A stretch of DNA of 64,000 bases from Podarcis erhardii (Eukaryota). Where the stretch lies: NCBI GenBank assembly GCA_964252035.1, contig OZ176200.1; one strand, given 5' to 3'. How positions within the stretch are numbered: the first letter of the stretch is position 1; each line of letters opens with the position of its first letter. The notes beneath the pieces are model-generated. The model saw only the letters and a list, made by a program, of their open reading frames with translations, was not told the origin of the DNA and searched no databases. The position numbers and the translations under genes are program-made. This document shows positions 1 to 13,071 of the stretch, in pieces.

Positions 1-1444
1 TGCAGGAGTTACTGGAAGGAGGCCTTTCTGATTCAGCTGTGGAACAAAAACAAACTTCAATGGATTTTGAGGAAGAGCTGGATGCTATTATGAAGATTAA
101 CATTTCTATATGGATAACTAAAACATTAGTTGAGCCTGCATTGGGCTGGCTGAATAGCACTGCAATATCTGAAGGGGCAAGCGTACCTTACAACTACCTC
201 TGTTGGAGAGTCTGAAGCTATCTGAGTTGACTTTGGGGCATTCAAGACTACAATAAAAAAGCAAGATAGTGGAATTGTGTCCCAATAGCAACTCCATCGG
301 TACAATACTGGGAATGTTTTCTTGCTTAAGTGTTTTCTTTCTCTGTTGACTTGCACCATGTTTTCAAATAATTTCTATGACCTATCCTAGCTGGGGTCTT
401 TCCTTCCCATCAGATTTTCATGTGGAAACTTTATCTGGTGAGTTCACCCTTACTGAGTTATTACCCGAATGAAGGTACATTGGGTTCCTGAAGTACGCCT
501 CAAACAAATAGTCCTCTCAATGCACTAAGCCCTTGTATATCTTAGTCCTTATACATATTTCTCTTCTGAAACCAAAATTTTCTTAGTGGATTTCCTATAT
601 GGTCGCCCACCTCTTACATTAGAGATCTGCTTGGTGCTCACTAGCTGACCACTGGTTCTATCCCCAGCAACAACAGGCCCAGTGCCAGCACAGATGTTTC
701 AGTGGTTACTAGTCATAAAAGACACCAAAGGGTATCCAAAATCACTTTTCTTTGGTGAGTCTAAAAGTGGTTTCATAGACATTTCTAGACGAAGCATGAA
801 AAGAGCTGATGAGCCTACTAAAACAGCCAACAACAGCCAACATTCACATTAACACAAGAGTTTAAAAAGCCGATTTTTAGAATAGTACACAAGTATAGAA
901 AGAAATGTGTCTATTATTAGCATTCGGTGTCATTCGGTGGATTTATTCCATAGGAACTTCTGACGGGTGGAAAATCATTGCTGGGGTGAGGGGGTGGGGG
1001 TGGAATCTTCCTATTGAAATGTGTTCATTCGTGATTAAAATCGGGCACTTAAATGCATTCATTTCATGTACATCTGGATAATTCCTCCAGCTGTCAGCAG
1101 ACAAGATGAGAATGTTAAATTGCTATCAAGGAAAGGGGCTGAGGAAGGAAAGACTGTCTTTTAAGAATCCACGGGGACTCCATTATCACGGCGGGCCCTG
1201 CCCTTCAACAGGGCAAAACCATCTGACTTAGGCAGCATCATGTAGGAAGGAAGACCGATGTCTGAATAAAGCTTAAGAGTGTGGGGTCTGGCTGGGTGGT
1301 GAGACATTTGGAATTAAAATGTATTGGACTGACACTAATTATCTACAGCCATACAAGCTGTATTCACAGATGCTGACCAGCCTTGGCTAGTCAGCCCAAT
1401 ATTTGCAGTCGCCAGGCTCCCCAACTCTCCCCAGCAGTCATATA

Positions 1445-1685
1445 CAGTGGTATCTTGGGTTACATCCGCTTCAAGTTACATACGCTTCAGGTTACAGACT
1501 CCGCTAACCCAGAAATAGTGCTTCAGGTTAAGAACTTTGCTTCAGGATGAGAACAGAAATCGTGCTCCGGCGGCACGGCAGCAGCAGGAGGCCCCATTAG
1601 CTAAAGTGGTCTTCAGGTTAAGAACAGTTTCACGTTAAGTACGAACCTCCAGAATGAATTAAGTACTTAACCCGAGGTACCACTG
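1445..1685. mobile_element. Tc1/mariner (pogo/Tigger-like) MITE, 241 bp
   Basis: TIRs CAGTGGTA(T/C)C...GAGGTACCACTG, TA TSD on both sides; near-identical copies at 21391, 26868 and 33320. Confidence 0.9.
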
Positions 1686-2248
1686 TATGACACGTGCAGA
1701 AGCTAGGCTAGGCAATGCTCAGGAGATACCAGCTATCCTGCTCTTATCCTTCCCATCTTTCAGTCCTCTGGAAACAGAGTCACTCCCTCACCTCATGCTG
1801 TGCTGAGACACACTTAGGTGCCTCTTGTCACCTCTGAGTGCCTGCCCGTCTAAGGGGAACAACCATGGGACTCAGGAAGGAAAGAGCCATTCTCTCACCC
1901 CATGGCTTGGAGGCATTCAGCATCTCCCTTGGTACTTTCCGGTCCACAGCCTTTACATCACTGTTAAGAGGCCACCGAAAAACATGAAGGTAATATTCAG
2001 CATTACCTTTTTATTCCAGTTATAGCCGTTTCTGCAGTTCCTTCGCTTCACGCTGGAAAATATCACCAAACACAGTCAAGCTGTGCTGTTCAAGTACATG
2101 CACACACTGCCATCCTTTTTATCTCTCAGTCTTTTCACCGTCACATGGTTACGATTACACAGAGCATGTTACAGCCGTTTCAGATAACGGCATTCTCTTC
2201 TGGGCCAGCACTGCTTCAAAGCACTTATTCTTTCACCTTTGCTGTTTC

Positions 2249-2784
2249 AGCCATCTGAACTTTATTTCTATGAGCAACATGAAAGAACTTCAAAAATAGC
2301 AACTTCGATAAGGCAGTACCTAAGATGACCTGTGCTAAATGTACTGGAAAATTTCCCCTCTCTATCCTGTCTCCTAAAGGTACCAATGCAAGCTTTCATC
2401 AGAAATGATGCCTTCTATAATGCTAAAGGTAAAGGTAAAGGGACCCCTGACCGTTAGGTCCAGTCACAGACGACTCTGGGATTGCGGTGCTCATCTCTTT
2501 TTACTGGCTGAGGGAGCCATCTGAACTTTATTTCTATGAGCAACATGAAAGAACTCCAAAAATAGCAACTTCGATAAGGCAGTACCTAAGATGACCTGTG
2601 CTAAATGTGCTGGAAAATTTCCCCTCTCTATCCTGTCTCCTAAAGGTACCAATGCAAGCTTTCATCAGAAATGATGCCTTCTATAATGCTAAAGGTAAAG
2701 GTAAAGGGACCCCTGACCGTTAGGTCCAGTCACAGACGACTCTGGGATTGTGGCGCTCATCTCGCTTTACTGGCTGAGGGAGCC
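2249..2784. repeat. 266-bp tandem duplication that includes the tail end of a Sauria SINE
   Basis: 2249-2514 is repeated at 2515-2780 with about 6 substitutions. AGCC is present at 2249, 2515 and 2781. Confidence 0.95.
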
Positions 2785-3045
2785 GGCATACAGCTTCCCG
2801 GTCATGTAGCCAGCATAACTAAACCGCTTCTGGCGAACCAGAGCAGCGCACGGAAATGCCGTTTACCTTCCCGCTGGAGCGGTACCTATTTATCTACTTG
2901 CACTTTGACGTGCTTTCGAACTGCTAGCTTGGCAGGAGTTGGGACCGAGCAACGGGAGCTCACCCCATTGCGGGGATTTGAATCGCTGACCTTCTGATCG
3001 GCAAGCCCTAGGCTCAGTGGTTTAGATCATAGCACCACCTGCGTC
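2691..3045 (-). mobile_element. Sauria/Squam1 SINE, full length
   Basis: tRNA-like head on the minus strand with a B-box-like segment, the typical body, and an (ACCTTT)n tail that reads AAAGGTAAAGGTAAAG on +. Confidence 0.92.
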
Positions 3046-3557
3046 AATATCACTAATGCTACAATATCACTAAATAGTAAATACTCTTGACACTGGCAAC
3101 GCCGCAGCAGAGACGTGGCGCACAAATGTAAGGTTTTATTTCAGAGAGCAGTCGTGCTCCAAAAGGTCATTGAGATTCCTATCAATCAAACAGCACCACT
3201 GCTCAGCCAAATAAGCTGACCAAACTGCTAGGATTCCTGTAACTTTCAGGAAACAAGACTGTTCCACAAAGCTGCCTATTGCTCAGTCCCATGGAATTCC
3301 CTTCCACTTCTTATCTACAACTGGGCTAATATCCTTTCCTAGGTGCCCTAATGGTGGAAAATCAAGGTATACATAATATGTTTAATGTTCACAAAGTAGC
3401 TTTCAGTCTGTGAAATGTATTTTTTAAAACTGCATATCCTCACCACCACCCCACAAAAAAACCTTCCACAAGGGGCATAAAATGTTTCCAAAAATTTTAC
3501 ATCCCTAGTGTCTTCAGAACATTAAAAAATACATTGCAACAAGGACAACCCTTTGAC

Positions 3558-3624
3558 CCTTCTAGGTAAGTGTGCATAGAACAGAAGTCTCTGGCTACAA
3601 ACCTATGTGCACTTACCTAGAAGG
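3558..3624. repeat. Short palindromic squamate repeat (22-bp inverted arms)
   Basis: CCTTCTAGGTAAGTGTGCATAG ... CTATGTGCACTTACCTAGAAGG, with 2 wobble mismatches. Confidence 0.75.
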
Positions 3625-5640
3625 AAGTCCCACAGAGCACAAAAGAACTTACGGTACTTGCTTTTAAAAGAATTACATCTCAGGCTTTGGTCTATTGCCT
3701 GACTATATGCATTTGATTTTGAGACTAAATTATTTTTGTTCAGTGACGCCTGTAATTCAAAGTTCAGGGCTGCTGTTTTGCAACAAGAGACTATGCACGG
3801 TTTTTTGCTCTGGCTCTGATACAGTAAGCAGTTTGTTCAGTTCCAGTGTCCATTACTGCGGAATGCACAAATAGCGGGGAACATAATGTTGACTTCTGGA
3901 TTTCAAGTTGAGTTTCTCTGTTACAAGAAATGTCTTTAAAATTGACTGCATTTAATAGGGAAATTGCGGAGAAACAATAAACATGGGGCCGCATGATGCC
4001 ATCTTTATAGAGCCACTCTTCAGACAGAATGGCACTTTAATGAGTCGCTAAATTTCTGGAAAAAGATATATACATAATTAAACAGATATATTTAGAAAGA
4101 ACTTTGCATTTTCCCCATTAAAAGAAACTACTTTCCAGGCCATTTTCTGTCAAAATTAAAACAGACGGAGCACTAACAATTTGGAGCCAAATGCTGCGAA
4201 AACCTAAAAGCCTAAAGCCATTTCTTATTGCCTTTCAGTCAAAGTCAAAGGCCTTTTGCATTTATTATGGGATCAGTCTCTTGTCAGTCACAGCCTCTTT
4301 GCAGGTATGTTTAGCCTCCAAGGCGCCAAGTATAAAGTGATTTGTGCCTGTTATGCTAATTGCCTACAATTGACCAATGAATGGGTTTGATCCTTGCCAG
4401 TAGGCAGCTAAAGGAAAGCAAGCGCAGAGCAGCTTAGGGGGGAACAGGCAGCTGTCTTGCCTCTTGCTTTGGCAGGCAATTGGATCCTCTGATATGGCTG
4501 ATTGTATGCACCAATCGTTGCCAACCTTTATTTGTCCATGGCCACATTTGCAAACCAGAGAAAGCGTTGTGGGCAACCAGGCACGCATCAAAACATGCGT
4601 ACATGCATGGGGGGAACTCACAGCTGGGGATGGAATAGTCAACTCTTACCTCCCCAGTGGGACCCCCAAAATCACTTCTCCCCTGTTGCTACAAGACATC
4701 GCGTTCCCTATTGGCTACACTAGATGGCACCTGGCATCTTCTAAACCTTTTGGGGGGGATGAGGGGGGGCATGCAAGCACCAGGGAAGTGGGCACATATC
4801 TGCCCACAAGTGCCATGTGGTGACCTAAGGTGTGAACAATGTCTGCTGGGAAAATTATTCTACTTATTTATTTCATATAGCACCATAGGAGCCAACTCCT
4901 AAGGGCTGAGGTCCCTTCAGTTCCCGCCCCCCCCAATAAAATATTTGGCTGCCACTGCTGGCTGCCCTGCTGATGGCAGCTGGATGCACCCTCGATCCCC
5001 ATCCCACCCCACTCAAACCAAGCGGTGGAGGTGACTCTGCTTTCTAACCTCCCCCCTTCCCACGCCTGATCTCCACCCACCAGATCTACGTGACTGCTCC
5101 TTCCCTCATCCCAATGCATGATCTCAATTTTCAGACATCGTGATATATAGGACTATCACAATGTCTAGCTGCTGATATATCACAATGTTGAAAACCAGAT
5201 ATAGCTCAGCCCTAGTCTGGTTTTTTTTTTAGTATACCTAAAATCCTTTACTTATTAGGGGCAACCCCACATTTTGTTCAAAAAAAATTGTTTGAAGGTA
5301 CCATAGAGTTATCAAAATTTTCAAAATAGGGGGTCCGTAGCTTGGCTTTCGAAAAATAGGGGGTCCTCAGTAATTAGCTAACTGGGAACCACTGGTCTAG
5401 ATCATCTGTATCATCCAAGAATGCCTGCAGATGCCCGGCCAAACTTAGGACAGAAGTGATGTTACTGGGAAGAGTTGAGGAGTCCAGCCACCACCAGTCT
5501 GAAGTTGTCTACAAATTACTTTCAGGAGCGACAACAGCCACTTCTGTCTTAGTTCTAAGACAGCACAATCCTGCAGGCATAGCATTCAGATTAATGGAAA
5601 GACTTACTGAAGCTGGGGCGAGAGGGGATGGGGGCAAATA

Positions 5641-5881
5641 CAATGGTACCTCGGTTTACGAACTTAATCAGTTACAGAAGTCCGTTCTTAAACCAAAACC
5701 ATTCTTAAACTGAGGCGCGCTTTCCCTAATGAGGCCTCCAGCCACCGGTGCCCTTCCACCATTCAGATTCCATTCTTAGACCAAGGTAAAGTGCTCAAAC
5801 CAAGACACTATTTCCGGTTTTGCAGAGTTTGTAAACCAAATTGTTCTTAAAACGGACTGTTCTTAAACCGAGGTACCACTG
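5641..5881. mobile_element. Tc1/mariner MITE, second subfamily, 241 bp
   Basis: TIRs CAATGGTACCTCGGTTTA...TAAACCGAGGTACCACTG, TA TSD; internal sequence differs from the 1445 family. Confidence 0.88.
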
Positions 5882-7721
5882 TACACTCCAAATGCCAGGA
5901 GCTAGTATTTTCAGTTACTGATACACACAATGCTCTAGAGACATAAAAAAATTTGCAGCCAGTTAAAGAAAGAATAGGGCAAAACAAAGCTGCTTCGGAA
6001 TGCAACAACCCGGCAGGATTCACATGCGCACACACTAATGATTTTAATACTTACGATTAGTGTGTACGCTTGTGAATGTTTTCTCCCTTCCAGAAATGTC
6101 ATAGCAGACCCCTCAAAGCCAGACTGGCTTCTCTACCAAGTTTGGTTCTCAGACTGAACAACCTAAATATTCTGTAACACACGGACATGTCTTGTGCGCA
6201 AAGCCAGCTGCATAACCGTTTTGTATTGCACTGCGATTTCAAAATTAAATGCTTGCTAATTAGTTCCTTTCTATACATTTGGTAATCTTATTAAGGCAGT
6301 TCATTAGGTGTCTCAGCAATTTGAAAATTACTAGGTGACAGAGCATGTTTTCCTTTTGTGAATACTAATTATTAGAAAATAGGGCAGTTATTCAAGGATT
6401 TCTTTTCATCGTCCCATCCCATCCCCCCTGGCTTTAGTTGTAGCTGCATCTTCTTGTTTGAAGAGCTGTTCATTTAGACACTCTTTCTTAACATCTTCAA
6501 AAATAAATTGCTAAAAATATCATGAAAAAAATCACAACTGCTACCTGTTATAATACTGGCTTTAATTATTACACTATCCTTTCTGGTGGGTTTTATTAAG
6601 CAGGTGAGGGAATATAATTAACTATATTTTATCCCCCTACAGACCCATGTGTGTGGGTTAACAGACAAAAGGATCAGCTTACCGCATATGTTTAAAAGTG
6701 TGGGGCTCAGCAGAGTTCAAATCCCATCTTATGCAGTATAATTGAAAACATAGGAATTAGCCATTAGGCTGATGTCGCCTTTTGTTATTCCATTTTCCCA
6801 AAAACAACAACAACCAACAACAAAAAAATACCCAAGCTACAAACTGAAAAGTAAACCTCAGACCCAGGGGTCTAATCCAGTCTTCCTGGGCTCCTCCTCC
6901 ATCCCTCAGGACTTTGCACAGGCCATGTCCTCTTAGGCCACACCCCTCACTGGTCTTGTCTGCCTGGTTGCGGTGTGGCATGTGTTTGGCCATGCCCACT
7001 TATGCACCACTGAAATGTGCCTCCCCTGGAAACCTGCCCAAGATGAAATATGACCCACAGTCTAGAAAGTTCCCGCACTTTGATTTACATGGAAATACCA
7101 GGATCATGTATCCTTATGCATGCACACCTGAGTTATGCCCCTCTACGATATAAAGGCACATTTGCCATCTCTCTTTAAAAGAAAAAGAAAAGAAAAAATA
7201 GGTGTGAAACAAAACTATTGTGTTCAGTCCCAGCCAAAATGCTAGGAAGAAAGGCATGGTCCTTATATAATGCAAGATTCCTGGAAGAGCTCAGGCAGCA
7301 AAGCAAGACCATCATTTAGGTTAACAGGTGCTGTTTTCATTAGCTAATTAACTACGATCTATCATCATGAAAATCTGATGCAAGCAGTATCCCAGGGGAG
7401 TTGGAAAAGAAAGTTAACACCACGCTTTAAAGAAGCAAAGCAACTTAAAAGTATCAGGCAGTTCTTTGGCATTCACGGGTTGGCTCTGGAACCCCCAATC
7501 GCATTGCTTAGAAGTGGATTCCAACAGATTTCAAATGAAACTTACTTACAAGTAAGCTACCTTCAACCTGCCTTGGTTCTCCGTATTTGCACAATATAGA
7601 TTAAGGCAGATGTACTTTCTATAGATAGACAAGGCTGTTGTGATGCTGGGTATCTGAGTGCTGTCTATAGCTTTCAGCTCAGAAACTGACTGAAAAAAAG
7701 TACTTCAGCTAGGACCTATAG

Positions 7722-7823
7722 CATGGGTAGGCAAACTAAGGCCCGGGGGCTGGATCTGGCCCAATCGTCTTCTAAATCCGGCCCGCAGACGGTCCGGGAA
7801 TCAGCATGTTTTTACATGAGTAG
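7722..7823. mobile_element. hAT-type non-autonomous element, one-ended fragment
   Basis: Begins CATGGGTAGGCAAACTAAGGCCCGGGGG, typical of hAT/Charlie-like MITE ends; no matching second end found. Confidence 0.6.
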
Positions 7824-9874
7824 ATCCCAATACACCTGGGATCTATTTACAGCACAAGGACCCAAGCTTCTACCTCATGGTATTATGACAGAGAATTTTA
7901 AAGCTTCCAGGCAACTTAGTGGGATTTCCAGACAGATCAGAGTCCTGATAAGTAGCCCTTGAATGTGAGGCTGCAGCACAGCAAAGCTAACACTGTTATG
8001 TACAAGTACTTTTTTCCACTACAGCTGCATCCCATTGGCTGTTCTAGAATAATCAATAGATACACACACAGAGTGAGGGAAGCTAATTGATCTAAACCTT
8101 AATTGAAAAGCTAAACTAAATTAACAGCCAAGTAAGTTTGCTACAGAAGACACCACTCAGACTTCTGAGTTTCCTGGCAAAGTACAGCCCTTGCATTAGG
8201 TTTTAACATTTATATCCTGCCTGTTTTACTCTGGGCATACACAGGAAGCCCATGCAAGGAATCAAGTAGGATCCTCATTTAATCAAAGTAGTGAGAGAGG
8301 TTAATAAGTTTGGCAGCAGAATACTGCATAGGCATATGGAGACCAAGAGGCCAGATATCATTTGTAGCAGACTACAGCTGCATTCACATGGCAGTTTACT
8401 CCATCTTCCTAATGTTTCCATACCTGTTAATTTCTTCATTTTATCTGATCTTTCACATGACGGGAAGGCATGTAAGTTGTATGCATATGAGAGTATGCTA
8501 ATCACTCAGGAGATTATTTCTTTCACAGACTTAATGGAGATACTAAGACTCATATTCTGGAAGTCTAGCAGAATATAGTAGAAGTTTAGCACTCATTTCC
8601 ATGGTATTTCCCTCCGGAAAACATCTGTTTTCAGACCCCCTAACCTGGAAAATCACATGAGTTTTGTGCTGTAATTTCCCGCCACCTTCATGGCTCACAT
8701 GATGTGATGAAACTGGGGGACTGCTCCAGCATATAGTCCTTTCCTGACGTTTTCATGGGTGAATCATGGGGGAATGGAAGAATGAGGGTGTAGAAAGGGT
8801 GCCCACAACATGTCTGTGGGCACCTGCTGTTCTGTCACACACCATGTGAATGAAATTTAGCACGACATGGCGGTATACTTTTTTTAAAGAAAAAGTTTCA
8901 TGACACAACAGGTACTGCAGTGTGAAAAGAATGTTAGGAAATGGGTCAGGAATGCTAGAATTATAATCAAGAAAACTGCCTATGAGAACAGAAAACCTCA
9001 GAAAACAGCAGCAGAGAAGCAGCTCTAAACAATGGTTTGCCAATGTAAATAGGAGGTTAAAACCATAGATTGGGTTCTAAACTACAGCTAGCTCAAACCG
9101 CGGTTTAGTGTGTTGCCTGAAGTGAGCCTTCCTAATGTTCACCTGCCCCAACAGATTTTAAGGAACGTGCCGATGCTTTGTCAAAGCTTTGAAATGAACT
9201 CTGAACGCTGCTTGGCGGCGGCTCCTTCCTCTTAACCTCCCCGCCCCAAGCTAGCTTAGAACATGACGAGAGCTTCTTAACAGCTTGGCATACCTCTAAT
9301 TTAACAACAGTCTACAAATGTGTTCAAATAAACTGAATGGCTTGAAGAACTATCCAATCATTAGCAAAATATTATCCCAGTCTTCCCCATGCCATTTTGA
9401 AGCAGGAATACAAACAGTACCTAGAATCTTGGAACATGAATAGATATTGCAGCTCTGAAGCAGGCCGCCCACTTTCACAGTAGGAATGGTTTGAATAGCA
9501 CACACTTTGTAATCCTTTACTAAAGGAACCTGGTGGGCAGCCAAGTCCTGTTTGTTACACAGAGGACTGTTGCTTTCAGCAGTGAAGGGTTATATTTAGG
9601 CAGGAATGACTTGAGTGTGATTTTTTATTTTGGTCTGTATTGCAGTTGCCCATCTATCACAGGGTCTTGCTGAAGTCCTCACCAAAGTGTGGTAGCCAAA
9701 AAAGCAGCTACAGACGTATTCCTTCACTCAGGTTATGTCTTCATAGTAACTTTAGGAAAATAGGGCTCAGTTACAGCTTATGATGCTCTGACGCCGTAGC
9801 CGCAATGGACAGGGATCAAGTCAAATGTTGTCTACCTATGCTTTTGGAATGTCTAAATGTCTTGTATATCTTAC

Positions 9875-10060
9875 AAGGCGCCAGGCGAAAACATTCCTCT
9901 TTAACCAGGCCTTTGGCTGATTGACATCTAATGCCCTTTAAAAATGCGTTGTGAAATGGGGGGTTATTGGGTTGTCTTTGTTTTTATTTTTTTATTGTAA
10001 TTTTATGTTGTAAACCACCCTGAGATATACAGTATACAAATTAACTAAAATAATAAAATA
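9875..10060 (+). mobile_element. L2 LINE 3' end
   Basis: CCAGGCGAAAACATTCCTCTTTAACCAGGCCTTTGGCTGA...TGTAAACCACCCTGAG followed by an A-rich tail; similar to the copy at 20167. Confidence 0.7.
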
Positions 10061-11388
10061 CACTCAATATGCCAGCAAGTCTGGAAAACTCAGCAGTGGC
10101 CAGAGGATTGGAGAAGATCAGTCTACATCCCAATCCCAAAGAAAGGCAGTGCCAAAGAATGCTCCAACTACCGCACAATTGCACTCATTTCACACACTAG
10201 CAAGGTTATATTCTACAAGGAAGGCTCAAGCAGTATGTGGACCGAACTCCCAGAAGTGCAAGCTGGATTTTGAAGGGCAGAGGAACCAGAGACCAAATTG
10301 CAAACATGCGCTGGATTATGGAGAAAGCTAGAGAGTTCCAGAAAGACATCTACTTCTGCTTCATTGACTATGCAAAAGCTTTTGACTGTGTCGACCACAG
10401 CAAACTATGGCAAACTATGGGAGTGCCTGATCACCTCATCTGTCTCCTGAGAAATCTCTATGTGGGACAATAAGCTACAGTTAGAACTGGATATGGAACA
10501 ACTGATTGGTTCAAAATTTGGAAAGGAGTACAACAAGGCTGTATATTGTCTCCCTGCTTATTTAACTTATATGCAGAATTCATCATGCGAAAGGCTGGGC
10601 TGGATGAATCCCAAGCCGGAATGAAGATTGCCGGAAGAAATATCAACAACCTCAGATATGCAGATGACACAACCTTGATGGCAGAAAGTGAGGAGGAATT
10701 AAAGAACCTTTTAATGAGGGTGAAAGAGGAGAGCACAAAATATGGTCTGAAGCTCAACATCAAAAAAACGAAGATCATGGCCGAAATGGAGGCAGTGAGA
10801 GATTTTACTTTCTTGGGCTCCATGATCACTGCAGATGGTGACAGCAGCCATGAAATTAAAAGACTTCTTGGGAGAAAAGCAATGACAAACCTAGACAGCA
10901 TCTTAAAAAGTAGAGACATCACCTTGCCAACAAAGGTAAAAGCTAGTAAAAGCTATGGCTTTCCCAATAGTGATGTATGGAAGTGAAAGCTGGACCATAA
11001 AGAAGGCTGATCGCCGAAGAATTGATGCTTTTGAATTCTGGTGCTGGAGGAGACTCTTGAGAGTCCCATGGACTGCAAGAAGATCAAACCTATCCATTCT
11101 TAAGGAAATCAGCCCTGAGTGCTCACTGGAAGGACAGATTGTGAAGCTGAGGCTCCAATACTTTGGCCACCTCATGAGAAGAGAAGACTCCCTGGAAAAG
11201 ACCCTAATGTTGGGAAATATGGAGGGCACAAGGAGAAGGGGACGACAGAGGATAAGATGGTTGAATAGTGTTCTCGAAGCTACCAGCATGAGTTTGACCA
11301 AACTGCGGGAGGCAGTAGACAGAAGTGCCTGGCGTGCTCCGGTCCATGGAGTCACGAAGAGTTGGACACGAAACGACTAAACAACAAC
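10061..11388 (+). mobile_element. RTE/Bov-B LINE, 5'-truncated and degenerate (RT domain remnant)
   Basis: Frameshifted RT peptides include PIPKKG..C.NYRTI.L, FIDYAKAFDCVDH and NNLRYADDTTL. It ends in a (CAA)n tail, has a 14-bp TSD AAAATAATAAAATA (10047-10060 and 11389-11402), and carries stops and internal deletions. Confidence 0.95.
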
Positions 11389-12049
11389 AAAATAATAAAA
11401 TAAAATATTGTTGTTATTGTTATTACAGGAAGAGTGTTCCACACATATTGGCATCTTCTGCTTATCCTCACCACCCTCCCCTAAAAGTTCTCTGCTGTGT
11501 TGAGAAGAACGGAGGTGGGAGGGTGGGCAGCAGGCAAATATTTCATTCACTTGTACAGAACAACAGCAGGCAGTAGGCAAGGACCTCAGCACAAGTGAGG
11601 GAAAACACAACCTCTCTACAAAGTCCTCTGTACTTTCCTGGGAGGTCACAGGAGAGGCAGAGTCACTTGTGTTGCCATTTGGAGAAGAGAAGAAACAACA
11701 GGAGTCTCTCCCACTCGTTTGTTCTGCATTGGGGGGGGGGGTTTAAAACTCTTGCAACATCTCCTTCTAGCCATTTGAATGCGTCAGAAGGCTCAAGAGA
11801 GAAAGCGGGGGGGGGGGGGAGATCTAATTTGTGCTGAGGTTTGGAGCCTGTTAGAAAACAGCAAGAAAGACTTGGGGGTAACCTGCCAATTTTGGACAGC
11901 GTGTGTTTTTGCCTCAGTGGTTCAGTCAAAACGCCTGCATGGCTTTTATCACATGCTTAGTGCTACTGCCTCGGCCCTAGGATATATAAATGTTAGGACC
12001 GCAGTGTAAAACATGCTCAGCAACTTGGGGAGAGCAAGCTGAGTGTGAT

Positions 12050-12224
12050 CAGTGCTTTTTTTCTAAAAAAAATGTTTAGGGGTAATCTCATTTTGACTCA
12101 AGAAAATCACCATTTTATAGTTCAAACTGGTAAATGGACCATACAGTAAATGGACAAAAGTACAGAGAGTCACAAAATGTTTAGGGGTATGCGTACCCCT
12201 GCATACCCCAGAAAAAAAGCACTG
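12050..12224. mobile_element. hAT MITE, 175 bp
   Basis: TIRs CAGTGCTTTTTT...AAAAAAAGCACTG and a perfect 8-bp TSD AGTGTGAT. Confidence 0.9.
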
Positions 12225-12359
12225 AGTGTGATAGAAAAAAGTACTTCAGTTAGCTTGAAAAGCACGATGCTGATCTTGCCTTTAGGGATCTGAATTCCTG
12301 CGCCCAGGGGCCTAGAGAAATACACACACCCCAACTTGGGACCTGGTTACCTGAAGAAA

Positions 12360-12715
12360 CACTTGCACCCATAATAGACCAGACCAGCTACTGAGATCAC
12401 AGAAGTAGGCCCTCTTGGTCGTGCCTCAGCATTCAGAAATGCATCTAGTGGCAACTAGAAGGACCTTCTCAGTCATGGCACCTGGTTTATGGGATCCTCT
12501 GCCCTTGAAAATGAGATGGGCACTAAACTGGGTGGGTTTTCAGTGTCTCCTGAAAACACAATTGTACACCCAGGACTTTGGGTATTACTGATATGTGGGC
12601 TTGAAAACTGTCCTGGTTACTGAATTTATAAGCTGCATTGTAATGTGTTTTTATTGGTTTTAAATGTTCACGATCAGATTGTGTTCTAAGTTCGTATGGA
12701 AGGCAGTATATATAA
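12360..12715 (+). mobile_element. Old L2 LINE 3' fragment
   Basis: Degenerate RT C-terminal-like segment (GACCTTCTCAGTCATGGCACC...TGGGATCCTCTGCCC) followed by a T-rich 3' UTR. Confidence 0.55.
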
Positions 12716-12726
12716 TCGCAGGGTTA

Positions 12727-13071
12727 AAAGGTAAAGGTAAAGGGACCCCTGACCATTAGCTGACTCTGGGGTTGCGGCGCTCATCTCGCTTTACTGGCCG
12801 AGGGAGCCGACGTACAGCTTCCGGGTCATGGGGCCAGCATGACTAAGCCGCTTCTGGCGAACCAGAGCAAAGCACGGAAATGCCGTTTACCTTCCCGCCC
12901 GAGCGGTACCTATTTATCTTCTTGCACTTTGATGTGCTTTCGAACTGCTAGGTTGGCAGGAGCAGGGACCGAGCAACGGGAGCTCATCCCGTCGCGGGGA
13001 TTCGAACCGCTAGCCTTCTGATCGGCAAGTCCTAGGCTCTGTGGTTTACCCCACAGCACCACCCGCATCCC
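12727..13071 (-). mobile_element. Sauria/Squam1 SINE, full length
   Basis: Same family as 2691. 13-bp TSD AATC(G/A)CAGGGTTA at 12714-12726 and 13072-13084. Confidence 0.93.

Noticed and set aside
1-870. Faint resemblance to a DIRS/Ngaro tyrosine-recombinase remnant (FGAF-like and VSK-like peptides) and a short open frame at the window start
   Set aside because: Too degenerate, with no H-x-x-R or catalytic Tyr motif found. A profile search would be needed.
2691-3045. tRNA gene-like A/B boxes (also in the other SINEs)
   Set aside because: These are tRNA-derived SINE heads, not tRNA genes; no cloverleaf.
10237-11380. Bov-B RT ORF pieces as a functional gene
   Set aside because: 5'-truncated with stops, frameshifts and deletions.
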